Positions 1 to 13,000 of a DNA stretch of 64,000 nucleotides are shown here, one piece after another. The notes beneath the pieces were generated by a model. That model did no database searches and had not been told where the DNA came from. It was given only the letters and a program-made list of their open reading frames with translations. The position numbers were made by a program, and so were the translations under genes. The DNA is from Caecitellus pseudoparvulus (taxonomy: Eukaryota; Protista; Bigyra: Bicosoecida), in assembly GCA_965644315.1 (NCBI GenBank), contig CBFFRQ010000068.1, positions 1,415,545-1,479,544 on the forward strand. The letters run 5' to 3'. Numbering within the stretch: position 1 is the first letter of the stretch; each line of letters begins with the position of its first letter.

Positions 1-533
1 GGTCACCTTTCTGCGTTGTCCAGCGCTTCGCCGAGGGCAATGAACTATGCAAAGCCCTGGCACAGACATGTGTCAGAATCGGGTGGCACTCTTGACCGCC
101 ATTGCGTGCGGCAAGACGCCACATGGCCCCCCCGAGTGGATAGCTCGCATGCACGATCGCACGCCACGTCACGCTGCTGGCTGGACACGGCAAGCCCTTT
201 GCAATGAAAAGCAGGAATCAACGCAATTGCGCATCTAGATTGCTGCGTGAGACCTGAGAACACGAGTCCGGATGGGGGAAATTAGTTTAGCAACTTGACT
301 GAGTCTGGAGCGTGGAAGATGATCCTGGCTGCCAACTGGCGAGCACAGGTGCACTTACTGGACTGATCTTTCTCGTTCTTTTGAAGTCGCTTTAAAAAAC
401 AACAACAACAAACACCCAAAAGCATCCACAGCCGAGTCCTCCAGTGGCTGCGCCCTCCTGCTGCATCTGACTGCTCCGATTCGCACAGGCACTTTGCAGT
501 GTTGATAGGTTCATTGGACAAGCCGATTTCCGC

Positions 534-2455
534 ATGCGTATTGCCAGCGCGGTGGCGGCTTTGTGCTGCTGTGCTGTCGCTGGAACTACGAATGGCGCCT
601 ACTTCACTGACAGTTCCAGTGTTTCGTTTTGGGAAGCCAGTGAGCCGGTTCTGAATTCGAGTGCTACCTGCAGAGTGCTCCTGGATGCCAGCCTTGTGGT
701 AAGGGGTGAGCTTGGCGCAGGGATCAGCAAGGATCAGCACTTTCATGCCATCCGTGAATGCAGACGGAAGGGGAGACCACAGACCTCGTGACTGGAGCTA
801 AGAAGCTTGGAATCAGCACAGAGTTCCTTGCCTCCGCTGCGTTTCGAGCAGTTGTGCGCAGGGCGCCGCCAAACTCCCAAACCTGGCCCGAGGCGGGCGG
901 GTGTGGCAAAGATGCATGGACCCCCGTGCTTGCTGTGGTGCTTCGACAGCGGGAAGATGACGTCACATGTCTAGTTTCTCCTCCGAGATCACCCCCACCT
1001 CACTTCTTGCTCGCATGTGCCTCCACCGCTGCCAACGCGACCACGATCGCGTCACTGGTGTCTGCGGGCTGCCAGGTGCACCTATCTCCCGACGGCAGTC
1101 TCCGCAGAGCGGGGAAGATCAAACGCAGCACGCTCGCAAGTGTCCAGTCTGAGAGCTTGGTCTCCCCAGCAGGTCGTGCAACGGCAGAGCGGCTTGCTGA
1201 GGACTGTGAGCACCTCGCAGCGCAGGACGCCTCCTACGCTGCTGTTGCCCAGTGCTGGCGAGGTTTGTACGAGTCCGTGAGTGTGCAAGAGCACCGCTGT
1301 CCACTGGTGAATGTCTCACGGTTGAAGCCAGGCTGGCTCCTGCGGGACATCGCCCGGGCACACACACCTGTCCGCCTGTCCAACACTGGCGTGTCCAGCT
1401 GGCCAGCACTGTCAAAGTGGTCTCTGCATCACCTGGAGCGCATCGCAGGCGACGCTCCTCTCCACGTGAAGGAAGCACCAGGAGGGGAGTTTGAAGGTTC
1501 AGAGCCAGCTGAGTGGTGGGCGTGCCCTGCCGCAGGTGCAGCGTCGTCCACCGAAGGGATGTGGCGCACTGACGAAACCGTGGAGGTGGACGCGTGCCGT
1601 GCTGCAGCCAGAGCAAGCATCCCTCAAGTCATCCAACAGCAGCTTCAGTCTCCAGATCGCGTTGTGGCACGGCCTGCGGGGCGAGACATGCCGGCCCGCG
1701 CCTTGGTGCAGGAATTGAGGCACCAAAGCAGGCGGCGGCGGCTGAAAGGGCGTGATCACGCCCGCGACACGTCATTGTACGTTGAGTACCTGTCCCTCTC
1801 TTCCTACCTACACCAGCTTTGGAGCGATGTTCCACTTCACGGCCCATTGGCACCCCAGGGGAATGACTCCGATCGAAGCCGCAAGCCCACAAGTCTTGAA
1901 CGCGAGGTAGAGCATTTGCGACTGGCTCACAAGAACATCTGGATTGGGGACGGCCACACCCTCGGGAAAGCACACACTGATGCGTTCGAGAACTTGCTGA
2001 TTCCTGTGCGGGGCCGGAAGCGGGTGTTTCTCTTCCCACCGTACAACACTTCCTGGCTGTATCCGGGGCACATGCGAGAAGCGCAGTTTCAGCGCTCTCC
2101 CTCGGGAACGTTGCATCGAGACCCTGCAGGCCTCCAAACCTCAACATCCATTGTAAACACGCCTGTGGACATATTGAACCCAAACTTCGGGCTGTTCCCA
2201 GCCTTCCGGGGTGCCCTTCCCTTGGCCACTGTGTGTGATGTGCAGCCTGGTGAGGTGCTGTACTTGCCCTCTCACTGGTGGCACGAAGTAGAAAGTGCCC
2301 CTGATGAAGAGCTCATAGCGGTGGGTGAAGCTGATCAGAATATTGCGGTGAATTTCTGGTACGAGCCGCTCTTTACGAGGGCAGTGCCATGCCAAGGCTG
2401 CGCCTTGGACATGGATTGGGCGTACACCGAGATGCTCGGCGCAGACTCATTGTAA
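534..2455 (+). CDS. JmjC-domain (Cupin_8-type) 2-oxoglutarate/Fe(II) oxygenase with probable signal peptide; predicted join(534..698,764..2455)
   Basis: HxD motif (KAHTDAFEN), GRKRVFLFPP, LYLPSHWWHEV and AVNFWY, typical of JMJD7/FIH-like Cupin_8. A GTAAGG...TGCAG intron at 699-763 joins a hydrophobic N-terminus (MRIASAVAALCCCAVAG) in frame. Confidence 0.85.
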
Positions 2456-2469
2456 CTTTCCAGGAAGCA

Positions 2470-3589
2470 TCAAGCCTCCCCCCGACTGCTCTGGCGCATA
2501 AGGCTGGGGCCAGCGCCATCCTCAGGAGGCGGGATTGCAATGTCCACATCTCGGGTGCCGTTGGCGGCTGTGGGAGAGGCTGGGGGCGCTCCTGACGCCA
2601 CTGCTCCGGCTGCCGCTGGCGGCGGCGCGACGAACTCGATACTGCCTTCGGAGGTAAACCTAGCCACGGGCTGGGAAGGGTCCCACTGAGCTGCAAGGTC
2701 TGCGGGAGTGGCGGCCTCAGGTGGGGGCAGGCTGGAGTCAAGCCGCGGCAGCTGTGCACCTCTCAGTCCCTTGGCGAAGTTCTCTGCAATGGCAGCCATG
2801 TACTCTTGCAAGCTTTCCCCTGCGATGAACTTAGAGTTCTTGGCCATTTCCAGGAATTCTTCGTAATTCAGGCGATCATGCGTGGCATCCTTGCCCAGGC
2901 TGGCGAAGAGGCGGGTGACAAGGGACTTGACCTGGGCGGGGGACCGCGGCGTCTTGGTCATGCGGAACATGTTCGTGTAAAACGCCACCAATTCGCCAGC
3001 GTCCAAGCTATTGGAGCCATCAGTGTCCATGATGAACCACAGCTGCTCGAGCTTGTCTTCTGCCGAGCCCGAGAGGACCAGGGCCAGGGAGTGCATGAAC
3101 TCCACGAAATCCAGCTCACCAGAGCCGTCAGTGTCCCACTGCTGAAACAGGCCAGCGATGAGAGCAGGGGACTTGATGCCCACCCGCTTCATGACGTTTT
3201 GAAACCCCATAGCGTCTAGCACCAGCACGCCATGCTCATTTGCCCGCGCAGCTTTCGTGAACTCGGCATCCAGGCGCAGAGCCTCCGACCTTGTGAACGT
3301 GTTCTCTGCCGAGGCTTCGACGATGGCATCCTGCAACCGCGACAAGTTGCTATCTAGCTCGCCCCCAGCCGTGACAGTGCGCCCATCTGCTGGCCGGAAT
3401 GTGGGCTTGGGCTTGCTTGTCTGCAGGGCAGGCGTGGGAGATAATACGCCACATGCGACATCCGACGCTACCCTGGCGGGTGTGGCTCACACTCACCTCA
3501 TAAACGATCACCCCTACAGTCACAAGCGCAGTCACCCCGACGGCAACCTCCACTGGGCGCTCCTTGATGATAGACACAGCAGAGCCCAT
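2470..3589 (-). CDS. EF-hand calcium sensor (calcineurin-B/NCS-like) with N-terminal MG and hydrophobic segment; predicted join(3497..3589,2470..3420)
   Basis: EF loops DTDGSGELDFVE and DTDGSNSLDAGE, and the GSAEDKL linker. A GAG|GTGAGT...CTGCAG intron at 3421-3496 joins MGSAVSII...VGVIVYE in frame. Confidence 0.85.
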
Positions 3590-3885
3590 CGCGGCTTTGG
3601 GTGGGCAATTTCCGCACAGCACCACTGTCCGGACAGCGCGCTTGGTCGCTGATCAGCTGGTTGCAGTCGCGCATCAGGGGAATCATCAGGTGGAGGAAGT
3701 GTGTGAAGAATTGGCCTGCGCGCTCAGATCGCTTGGTCTTGCCTGGGACAGCTTGGATAGGCGCCCGCCTTTGTGGGGTTGCAAACACGGTAGGTGAAGT
3801 CAGTCTCGACGCTAGGACAATTTCAAAACTCCCACCTCCATTCCGTAGCACTCGCATGTCTGCCTGTGCTCTTACGTGCTCTACA

Positions 3886-5953
3886 ATGAAGTCCGTCGCC
3901 GCGCTGCTGCTGGCGGCAGCTGCCGCTTTCGCGGCAAGCTCCGCCGTGCCACCCTCCGCAAAGTGGACGGTGGCTGGCACCAGCCAGGACACCGAGCAGG
4001 TCACCTTCTCTCTGGCCCTGCCCATGCAAAACTTGGATCAGTTGAACGCCGTGTTCAACGCTGTGTCTGACCCTGACAGGTTCGTGCGCAGTGCCTCGCA
4101 GACGATCCCGCTTTCCTTGCACTGACACAAGCTTGTGCTCCTGCCTTGCAGCCCTCAGTACGGCAAGTACCTTTCCCGTGATGAGGTGAACAAGATGACA
4201 GCTGCACCTAAGGAGCTGCGGGACGAGGTCATCGCCACCATGACTGCTGCTGGCGTGACTTGCGTTGAGAAGACGGGGGATTCCGTCATCTGCACTGCAC
4301 CTGTGGCCAAGGTCAACGCCCTGCTCAAGACCAGCCTGACTGCTTACAAGCACAAGGAGACTGGGGCCTTGTTCCATATGGCTGATGGCTCCCACACCTT
4401 CCCCGAGTCCCTCGTCGGTGCGTGTGCGCTCCTTTTGCCATGGGGCTTCGCGGAGCTCCACCCTGGTGCGGCGCTATGCCACCACGCCTGCCCCTCCCTC
4501 ACCATCTTCCCCTGACTCTGTGCTCGCAGGCAAGGTTAACTTCATCTCAGGCCTTAGCATGCTGCCCGCTGAGCACTATGGGCGCAGCCAGGTTCTGGAC
4601 TTGGGCGGCTCCTCTTCCACTGGCGCCCCTCAAGGCTCCAAGCTGGCCGTGGTGCCTGAGACGCTGTCTGCTCTGTACAACCTGGACGCCGGCAAGGGCT
4701 CATCTAAGGTAACACAGGGCGCTGTCGAGTATCAGGGTGCCCCTGCTTGGTCAGAGAGCGACTTGAAGACCTTCATCTCCAACACGGGTGTGCCTGCGTT
4801 TGACGTCTCTCACACCGGTCCTTTCAACACTCTGCAACCTTTCGCGGAGTCCACCCTGGACATCCAGTACCTGGGGGCAGTGGGGACTGGCAACACCAAC
4901 AACTATTTCACCACCTCCACGTGGATGTACGACTACGCCAACGAGGTCTTGGCTGGCACCTTCACAGCTGACGTGCAGAGCTCAAGCTACGGTTACCGTG
5001 AGGACCAGAACTGCGTCATCTCCCCCGAGTCCAAGCCTTGCGCCAACGGTGGGGTGACTGCCTACATCAACACGACCAATGCTCTCTTCCAGAAGGTGGG
5101 CGCCACAGGCATTACCCTCGTCGTGGCTGCTGGTGACGCAGGCGCGCACGGCCGGGAGGATCCCAGCTGCATTTCCGGCAAGACCAACCCCGACTTCCCT
5201 GCATCCTCCCCCTACGTGACCTCTGTCGGTGCCACTCAGCTGAGCACCGATGCTGCATCCAGCGGCGCCAAGTCCCCCATCTGCCAGAGTGAGCTCAAGT
5301 GCGCCACGTCCGGATCCGAGCAGGTGTGCTCTTACGGCACTGGTGCCCTCATCACATCCGGTGGCGGCTTCTCACTGTACGCTGACCGCCCCTCTTATCA
5401 GAGTGCTGCAGTGGAGGCATACCTCAAGGTGCCCGGTGCCACTCCTGCTGTCGGCGACTTCAACGCCAAGGGCCGTGCTTACCCTGACGTCGCTGCTCTC
5501 GGTCATGCCTACTACATCGAGCTCCAAGGCCAAGCTGTTGCAGTGGACGGCACCTCCTGTGCTGCACCCGTCTTCTCTGGTGTCTTGGGCCTGCTCAACG
5601 CCTACCGTGTGGAGTCAGGCGGCGCCAAGCTGGGCTTTGCGAACCCCCTCTTGTACAAGATGGCTGCTGAGCACCCTGCTGCTTTCCAGGACATCACTGT
5701 TGGCTCCAACAAGTGCACGTCTTTCCTCTGCGAGGGCTGCACTGGCTTCGAGGCCGCCAAGGGCTGGGATGCTGCCACGGGCTTCGGCACACCAAACTTG
5801 AAGGAGATGCTGGCGTACCTGCAAGCAAAGGACGGCCTCGCCCCAGCCTCTGATGCGATCCTGGATGCTGCCGCCAAGATGCAGGAGAAGATTAACAAGA
5901 TGGTCAAGCCAGCCCTTCGGGGAGTGGAGGGCCTCCTGCGCCGCGACAACTAA
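3886..5953 (+). CDS. Sedolisin (peptidase S53, tripeptidyl-peptidase-1-like) preproprotein; predicted join(3886..4079,4152..4417,4530..5953)
   Basis: Signal peptide MKSVAALLLAAAAAFAASS, prodomain VSDPDSPQYGKYL, catalytic ExxxD (ESTLD), AAGDAG, GTSCAAP and the Ca site GWDAATGFGTP. Both GT-AG introns restore frame. Confidence 0.93.
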
Positions 5954-6090
5954 TTTGCGCCGCGCCTCGGCAGCACGCCAGCACCGCCTGCTGCGCAATG
6001 CACACCAAAACACGTAGACCTAGTTTCAGCAATATCTTCACCTCTTGTCGCGCCTTGTTTATGGGGGGTAGTTAGTTGCGGGGTCCAGCC

Positions 6091-6904
6091 ATGTCCGATC
6101 AATTGCTGCATGGTGGGGTCGACGCCTCGGCGGTCCACACAGCCAGGCTCGTGCGTGGCCCCTTTGAGGAGTCCCTCACTCTTGCAAGTGTGAGAGATGA
6201 AGCTGCAGCTTTTGCAGAGCACAGAGAATGGAACCAGTTTCATACCCCACGCAATCTCGCGTTTGCTCTGTGCGGAGAGGTATGTCCTGACTCCGGTTGC
6301 TTCGTGCGCCAACGGACGGCTCAATTTCCGCTGCGCCATCGGCACGCCAACCCGCTGTCTGGGTGACGCTTGTGCAGGTCGGAGAATTGATGGAGCTTTT
6401 CCAGTGGAAAGGTGACGATAGATGCAAAGTGGGCTTGCCTTCGTGGTCTGACAAGCACGTTGTGAAGCTAAGCGAGGTGGGTAAACCCGCGCTGCTGTGG
6501 TTGCCGAACCAGCGCACACCAGGCACGCACCCTCTTCCTTGCAGGAGCTGGCAGACGTGTTTATCTACCTCATTCGACTGTCTCAACAATGTGACGTTGA
6601 TCTTCCATCAGCCGTGCTCCGCAAGCTCAAGCTCAATGCGCTCAAGTACCCAGTAGCAGCCTCAAAGGGGCGATCGGACAAGTACACCGAGTACGAGACC
6701 CCGGCAGGGAAAATTGACAGTGCAGGGGGTGTCGTGGCTGTAGACGGATTCGGTGGCTCCTCTGATGGGCGTAGTCTGGCCGGTAGAATGCCCCAGAGCG
6801 AATCCTCGATCTCATGGGCCTGCATTGGAGCTGGTGTGCTGGCCGGAGCTGTGCTTGGTTTTGCCGGCTCCCGTTTTCTCAGGGGGGCGGCAGAAACAAA
6901 GTAG
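6091..6904 (+). CDS. DCTPP1: dCTP pyrophosphatase 1 (MazG-like) with C-terminal hydrophobic tail; introns about 6280-6377 and 6478-6544
   Basis: FAEHREWNQFHTPRNLAFALCGE|VGELMELFQW, ELADVFIYLIRL and KYPVAASKG are DCTPP1-like. GT-AG introns join the three ORF pieces. Confidence 0.88.
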
Positions 6905-7180
6905 GAAAGATGCAGTGCCATTTTGCTTGCGGGACTCTCAGGCGCTGAAGTGCATGCTCCGTAGTGGGTCCAGTCCCCCCTTCCAACCAACGACACATGC
7001 GCGACCAGAAGCACTTTTCAGGCCTGGTCCACTGCCAAGGAGCAACAGCATGCTTCATGCATGCAAACCTTTTACCCTTTTTGGCACAGTTCGCACGTTT
7101 TATGTGATGTGGTGGGCTGCAGCAAGGCTTAGCTCCGGCGAAGGTATTTGAAAGGCACAGCAGCAGTCCGCCTTGGCGCA

Positions 7181-10025
7181 ATGCAAGCCGCTTCACTTTC
7201 AGGGGAAGGGGCAACAGACATTCTTCCACTTCTTTACGTATTGTTGGCTTTCGGCTTCCTCACGACATGGGCTGTGTCGCAAAGGGTGGGTCCAGGGACG
7301 TTGTGTCTGCGGAAATCGGCTTGGAGTCATTCCCTGCCAATGCACACACGCAGATATGGTCTTTGTTCTCTTTCACACCATCCGTACCCGGTGTTCTATG
7401 GGTGGCTACATTGTCTCTCGCAGCAATTGTATTCCATGGTGGCGATGGCTGCTCACGTGGAACAGCATTGGGGAGGTCTTTCGCCCTGTACATGATGGTG
7501 AGTCTGGAAGCCAGCACGGCCATGTGCAGTTGCAGCACGGCACCAACCACACCCCAACAATAGATCAACCCAAACTTGATTTTCCTGGCCTGTGTTCCCA
7601 TCCTTCTGTACGAGACCACGTCTACAGTTGACATGTGGGCACTGCAGCATGTGCTGCACCCGGCCCTCCTCCTTGCTATCCCTGGCATGCTTCTAGGAGC
7701 CGCGGCCTTGGGACTAGTGGCATGGGCTTTGATGCCAACGCTGTCACTCATGCAGTCTCTTCTCCTTGGCAGTATTGTTGCAGCAGCTGACCCTGTGGCG
7801 GTCGTCTCAGTGCTTCGCGAGCTTCAAGCACGGAAGCGCTTGTCCAGTCTGCTCGAAGGGGAGGCATTGCTTAGCACCGGACCCGCCCACACTATGTTCG
7901 TGGCTCTGCTCCAGGTAATAACGAATGAGAGGGGGAGTACTGGAGGTGTAGCTGGCCAAGTCTTGCAGCTCTCTCTTGGAGGCGTCGCAGTCGGGCTGGT
8001 TGCTGCCCTTGCGACCAAGATGGCTCTGTCCAAGATCCACTGTCTGCCGGACGTCGAGGTACCGCTAGTCCTCGTCATGGTGTTCGCCATGTTCTATGTT
8101 GCTGAGCTTGGCTTGAGCGTGTCCGGAGTCCTTGCAGCTGTGACGTTCGGCCTTTGCTTGAGCGCGTCCCGCAAACTCCCTGCGAGCCACGCAGCGGAGG
8201 CAGTCCATCGACCCATTGTCCATTTTCTGGCCAGATGCTCCAACTTGCTTGTCTTTGCGCTTTCAGCTGTGGTTATGTGGTCGCACTTTGCTAAGGGAGG
8301 CGGAAAAAGCGCCGCCGAGTGGGCGGCTCTAGGTGGCTTGTACTTGGCATCACACGCTGTCCGCGCTGTCGTGATTGCTGCATGCTTTCCGTGCTTGAAG
8401 CGTGGGGAAAGTGGGATCACGTTGAGGGAGGGTATTGTGCTATCGTTTGCCGGGGTGCGAGGTGCAATGGCGTTGGTGCTCGCGCTCCTCGTGGCCAACA
8501 GACCTGGTGTTTCACCTCATGTGGCGCAATCTTTGACCTTTCATACATGTGGAATGGTAATCCTGTCACTTTCATCAATGGAACGTTTGCAGCGCCCATG
8601 TTCCGCTGGTTAGAGATATCTCCACCCCCCCGACATGGAGCCGAGATGACCAGGCGGTGCATGGATCTACTTGATGCTCACGTTCGACATGAGCCTGTCA
8701 GCGTAGGAAGGGGGAGCTTGGCCCGCCTGCACTTTGTCGGAGCAGACTATGCTTTTGCTTTGGAGTCGATATTACCTCATATTTTTTCTGCGCAGGTCAG
8801 CTGCAGGGGCACCCCAAGAACAGCAGACTTCCTTCACCTTGACTCCATAATGCTCAACCGTTTCGGCTCAGCACCTCCCAGAAATCTCTCCGAAGACATT
8901 GACGTGGCGGTGCGCGTTCTAGAAACAAAGTTGATGAACACAGTGGAGTGTGAGGTGGCAAGCATGTCAGGTGTGGCGGATGCTGCATCCGTCCCACCCA
9001 TGGTCGGGAAGGAAGGCATCCACCCGTGCCCGCCCCTATCCGCGGAAGAGTCGCCGGCCTGCACAGCGAAGGAGTACCTTGCATCCAGGCAGAAGATACT
9101 GACACTGAAGTCAGCTCTTGACCTTCCACATGCCAGCACGCCCACTGCAATGGCTGCTAAGTTGCTGCGCGCCGAAACCAGCTCGGCGTTTCAGCAGCGA
9201 GTGCTCATCGCAATGAAGCAGCACTTTGAGGCAATGTGCGAAGACTACATTATTGGAGAGGCAGCTGCCAGTGCGCTCGCTGATGCTACTGGCTATGTGG
9301 AAGACATCTTTGCTCGGGGCAAGGCTGCAAGGCCAGCCTCTCCGCCTATTCTCCAGGTTTGGGCAAGACTCAAGCAGCACACCCTCAAGAATGCGCGCGT
9401 GGAAGTTGCCCTCGAGAGCATCTTTGACAGGAACCATGATGACTACACACCAACTTGGAGCACAACGGTTACTGCTGTCATTGAGCGTGCCCGGTGTCTG
9501 CTCTGCGCAACGGTCCCGCGGCATCTTGCCCATGGAGCCACTTTCAACTCTGTGCGATGCCGTCTCCAGTGCCTCCGGGCGTACTGCGACTTTTGCCTTT
9601 CATCGGAGATCCTGAATACCGCCCTCCATGTGGGAAACAGTGCGGATATTGCTTTGCTAGTCCGCCAATCGGGTCTGGAGGCCCTAGCAGAGCTGTCTAC
9701 GCTCACCAGAGTTGCGCCAAGGGTCGTGCGTTGGGTGGATACGCTTGCATTTGCAACCCACCAGTGCCGGTCGGCTCTAGCACACTTAAGAAAATGTGCT
9801 GAGCAAGGGCTTGTTGACTTGGGTTCCCTGGGCCTTGTCAGAGATGCTCTCGTTTGCTACATGAGGCGCATGGGAAGGTGCCATCCTCAGGAAGTTCCTC
9901 TCGCGATGAAGCACTGCCACTGCAGGAGCCGGAGCATTGCCCCAGAGGGAGCCCCCTGGCCCTTGGAGGCAACCAGCAGGAGTGCGGGCACTTGGTCGCA
10001 CCGAAACTCTACTGACCTGCCATGA
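7181..10025 (+). CDS. CPA1-family Na+/H+ exchanger (SOS1/NHX7-like); multi-exon 5' end uncertain; 1-nt frameshift near 8570
   Basis: AAADPVAVVSVL, LLEGEALL, SGVLAAV and FAGVRGAMAL motifs with many TM helices. The frame switches at CTGTCACTTTCATCAATGGA (VILSL to FINGTF). Confidence 0.78.
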
Positions 10026-13000
10026 GCAGCACCACCAGCACCATTAAAGCACATGTGATCAGCAAGAGCGAAACGACCAACCACCTCAACGTACGCACCT
10101 CCATGAAGATGCTGGTGATCTGTGAACGCACCCTTGCAATTTCTCTGGATGAATCTGCACGCGAGTGCGTCACAGCTGTCAAAGTCTCTGTCAACTTGTG
10201 GAGAACAGTGGTGGCCGAGACCATGGGTGTACCGTTGGCGCTGACCACACTCCCCGTTCGAGGAAGCGTCGCGAGTGCCTTCGAGTCCAGCTTTGAATCA
10301 AAGTGGCCACTCTCTGAAGGCGCCTGGGTCCAGTCCGCCGTGTCCACAACATCTGAAAAGCCTCCTCGGCGAGAACCGTCTTCGCTGGTATGTGGCGGGT
10401 GCTGCTTGGGTGCAGCTTGTGCCGATGAATCATCGATAAGCCCACTGCCGCCTAGGTGACTTGAAGACTTCACTTGCAAGCGGACTGCCCTGCGCTTCCC
10501 GGGCACCGGGAAGCCGCTTGCCCCCACAGACGTGCTGCTAGACAGAGGCGGGCGACCTGGTGCAGCCGAAGCCGGATTGCTACCCCCACCGTCAGCAGGG
10601 GAGCTGGGCTGCGTCAGCGGGCTACTGACATCTCCGGGGCCCTCCTCTCGCCCAGCCCGGTCCATCATCCTATGCACAGGTGACTTGTGATCGTCCGAGC
10701 TTTCCAATGCGCTGCTCAGGGTGCGCCCAGTGAGCAGCGAAGTCGCAGGGATGCCACCTGACATCAAGTTCACTGCGGTTTGCACATCCAATGAGGCTGT
10801 CGCTGGGCGTGGTAGCTTGTGCTGGGACCCAAGGCGCACCATGGCGGGCGCTATGCTGGCTCCGCTGGCAGCCAAGGGGCTGGGTGGGCCGCTTTCCAGC
10901 ACTTGGCTGCTGAGGGGTACCGGGCTGAGACCCACATGCCCACTATGAGAGTCGGCAGGGCCCCCAGAAATGTCACTACGGGAAACGACTGCACCCATCG
11001 CAAGGGGTGGGCGCTCAGGCAGAGCATCTCCACCGGACGTGTCCAGCGTGCTGCGGGATCTCAAGCGGTACTGAACCGTTCGCCTGCCGCGGGCTGTGAC
11101 GGAGTAGTTCGGGTTTGTCAATGTGCTCTCGTCCAACTCTTCGTCGCCGGGAATACCAAGCAGTGCTCCAGCCGCCGCCCTCTGCAAGCCCGACGCCGTG
11201 TCCGCAGGTTTTGGCAGCGAAGCACGTGTCATTATGCGAGCAAGCAACGGCATATCCTCATGCAGCTGCTGCCAGCGCTCAGCCAAGGCTTGGCGTGTGG
11301 CCTCGTCCACAATTAGCACTGAAGGCTGACTGCTGGCAGCCCCCAGCGAGGCAATGGTGGGTGCGTGCCCCTCCGGCTCGGGGCTCCTCGCGGACACACC
11401 CAAATCATCCTGGGTGCCAACAGATGACACATCTCCATAGTCTGAGCGCGGACTTGTCTTTTGGGAGCCAGACATCTCTGGAGAGCTCCGATCCATGGCA
11501 GCTGCAGCCGCCGCCGCCAGCCTGGCAGAGCCCGACACTGGGCGCTGGGCGTGCCGCCCAGGCAGGGAACCAGACGGAGTCGCAGATGCATCACTTGCAA
11601 GTGGGTTGCTTGCACCGTGACCTCCCAAACTCCGCGTGGCGGAGGGCAGCGAGGAGTCCGCATCCTCCACCTCACGGTCCAGACGGAGCATGTTGCGGCC
11701 CGCAGCACCTCCAATCGCCGACAGCACCGTTTGAGCGCGGTCCTTTTCTTCAGACAGACCGCCAAGGATATCCCTCCCACTAGCAGTCACAGTACCAGTC
11801 CTGCCCAAGGGGGGCGGGGCACCGCCCTCTCCGCCCGGCGTGCCAGCTGCAACTTTCGCAGCTGCCTCCGCAGCGGTCAGGCGCCGCAGAACCCTTCGCT
11901 GCAAGCGAGCGAGCGCGGCGCACTTCAAAAACTCCCGGCGCAGTGCTAGGCGAATGAGAGACTTGCGAATCATCCGCCTTGTTGCTTCAAAGTTTCCTGT
12001 TTCCAGGGTCTCGTTCAGGGACTGCTGGCTCAGCGTCATGACGTACAGGTACGTGATACTGCGCACTGAATCAGTGCAACGGCCATTCGTGAGAATCCAA
12101 GTGTCCCCAAAGAACTGACCTGCACCAACCACTCGTGTCCGCACAATTGCCAGCCCGCGCTGGATGATGAACAAGTGTCGGTTGATGTAGCCCAGGCGAA
12201 GAATGGTCTCAAGGGGCGCGTACAGTCGGGGCTGCAGGACCACGGCAATGGAAGTGATGAAGTCTTCCCGTTCATGCTTATTTGGAGCGTTAAAGTAAGG
12301 GATACTGTTGAGCCACTCTGCGTGCATGTGCAAGGCAACCTTCTGCCGCAGCGCGGGGGACAGGTGCGTGAGCAGTCCTTGGTAGTACTGCTGGCGGAAG
12401 AGACGCTTGAAAGCATCAAAGTAGGCCCGAATGATGAATCTCCCATCATCTGGATAGTGAATCTCCTCCATGAACTTGTTCAAGTGATCCATGTGAGCGT
12501 TGTACTCCATAGTGGCCCGATCCATGGTGGAGACGATACCGTACACGGCACCAACAATGTAGGCATACACACCTCCACCCAGCAGCATCGTCAGCAATGC
12601 CACTGCACGCTCGGCATCAGTCTCTGGAATGATGTCACCATACCCAATCGTAGCGATCGTGGCAACTGACCAGTATAAACTGGCCAGGTACCTCCGCATG
12701 CCATCTCGAAAAGGGGACTGGATGGGCTCCAAGAAGATGTCTTCGCGCAAGCAATCTTCCACAAATGCATGCTGCTCGCAACGGCCGAATTGTACTCGCA
12801 CCCAGTTCAGGTTTCCGATGTCCTCTTGGATGGCTGCAGTGAGGTGGAAGATGCAGGCAGACCAGTGCGAGACGAGGATAATGAGCAGGAAGAACTTCAT
12901 CAAGGAGAGTGTGGAGTGTGCAATCCCGAAGCGGTTTCGCCACCGAGACAGGATGCGGTTTGCTCGTACCACCCGCAGCAGCTTTGCCAGGCGAAGCAGG

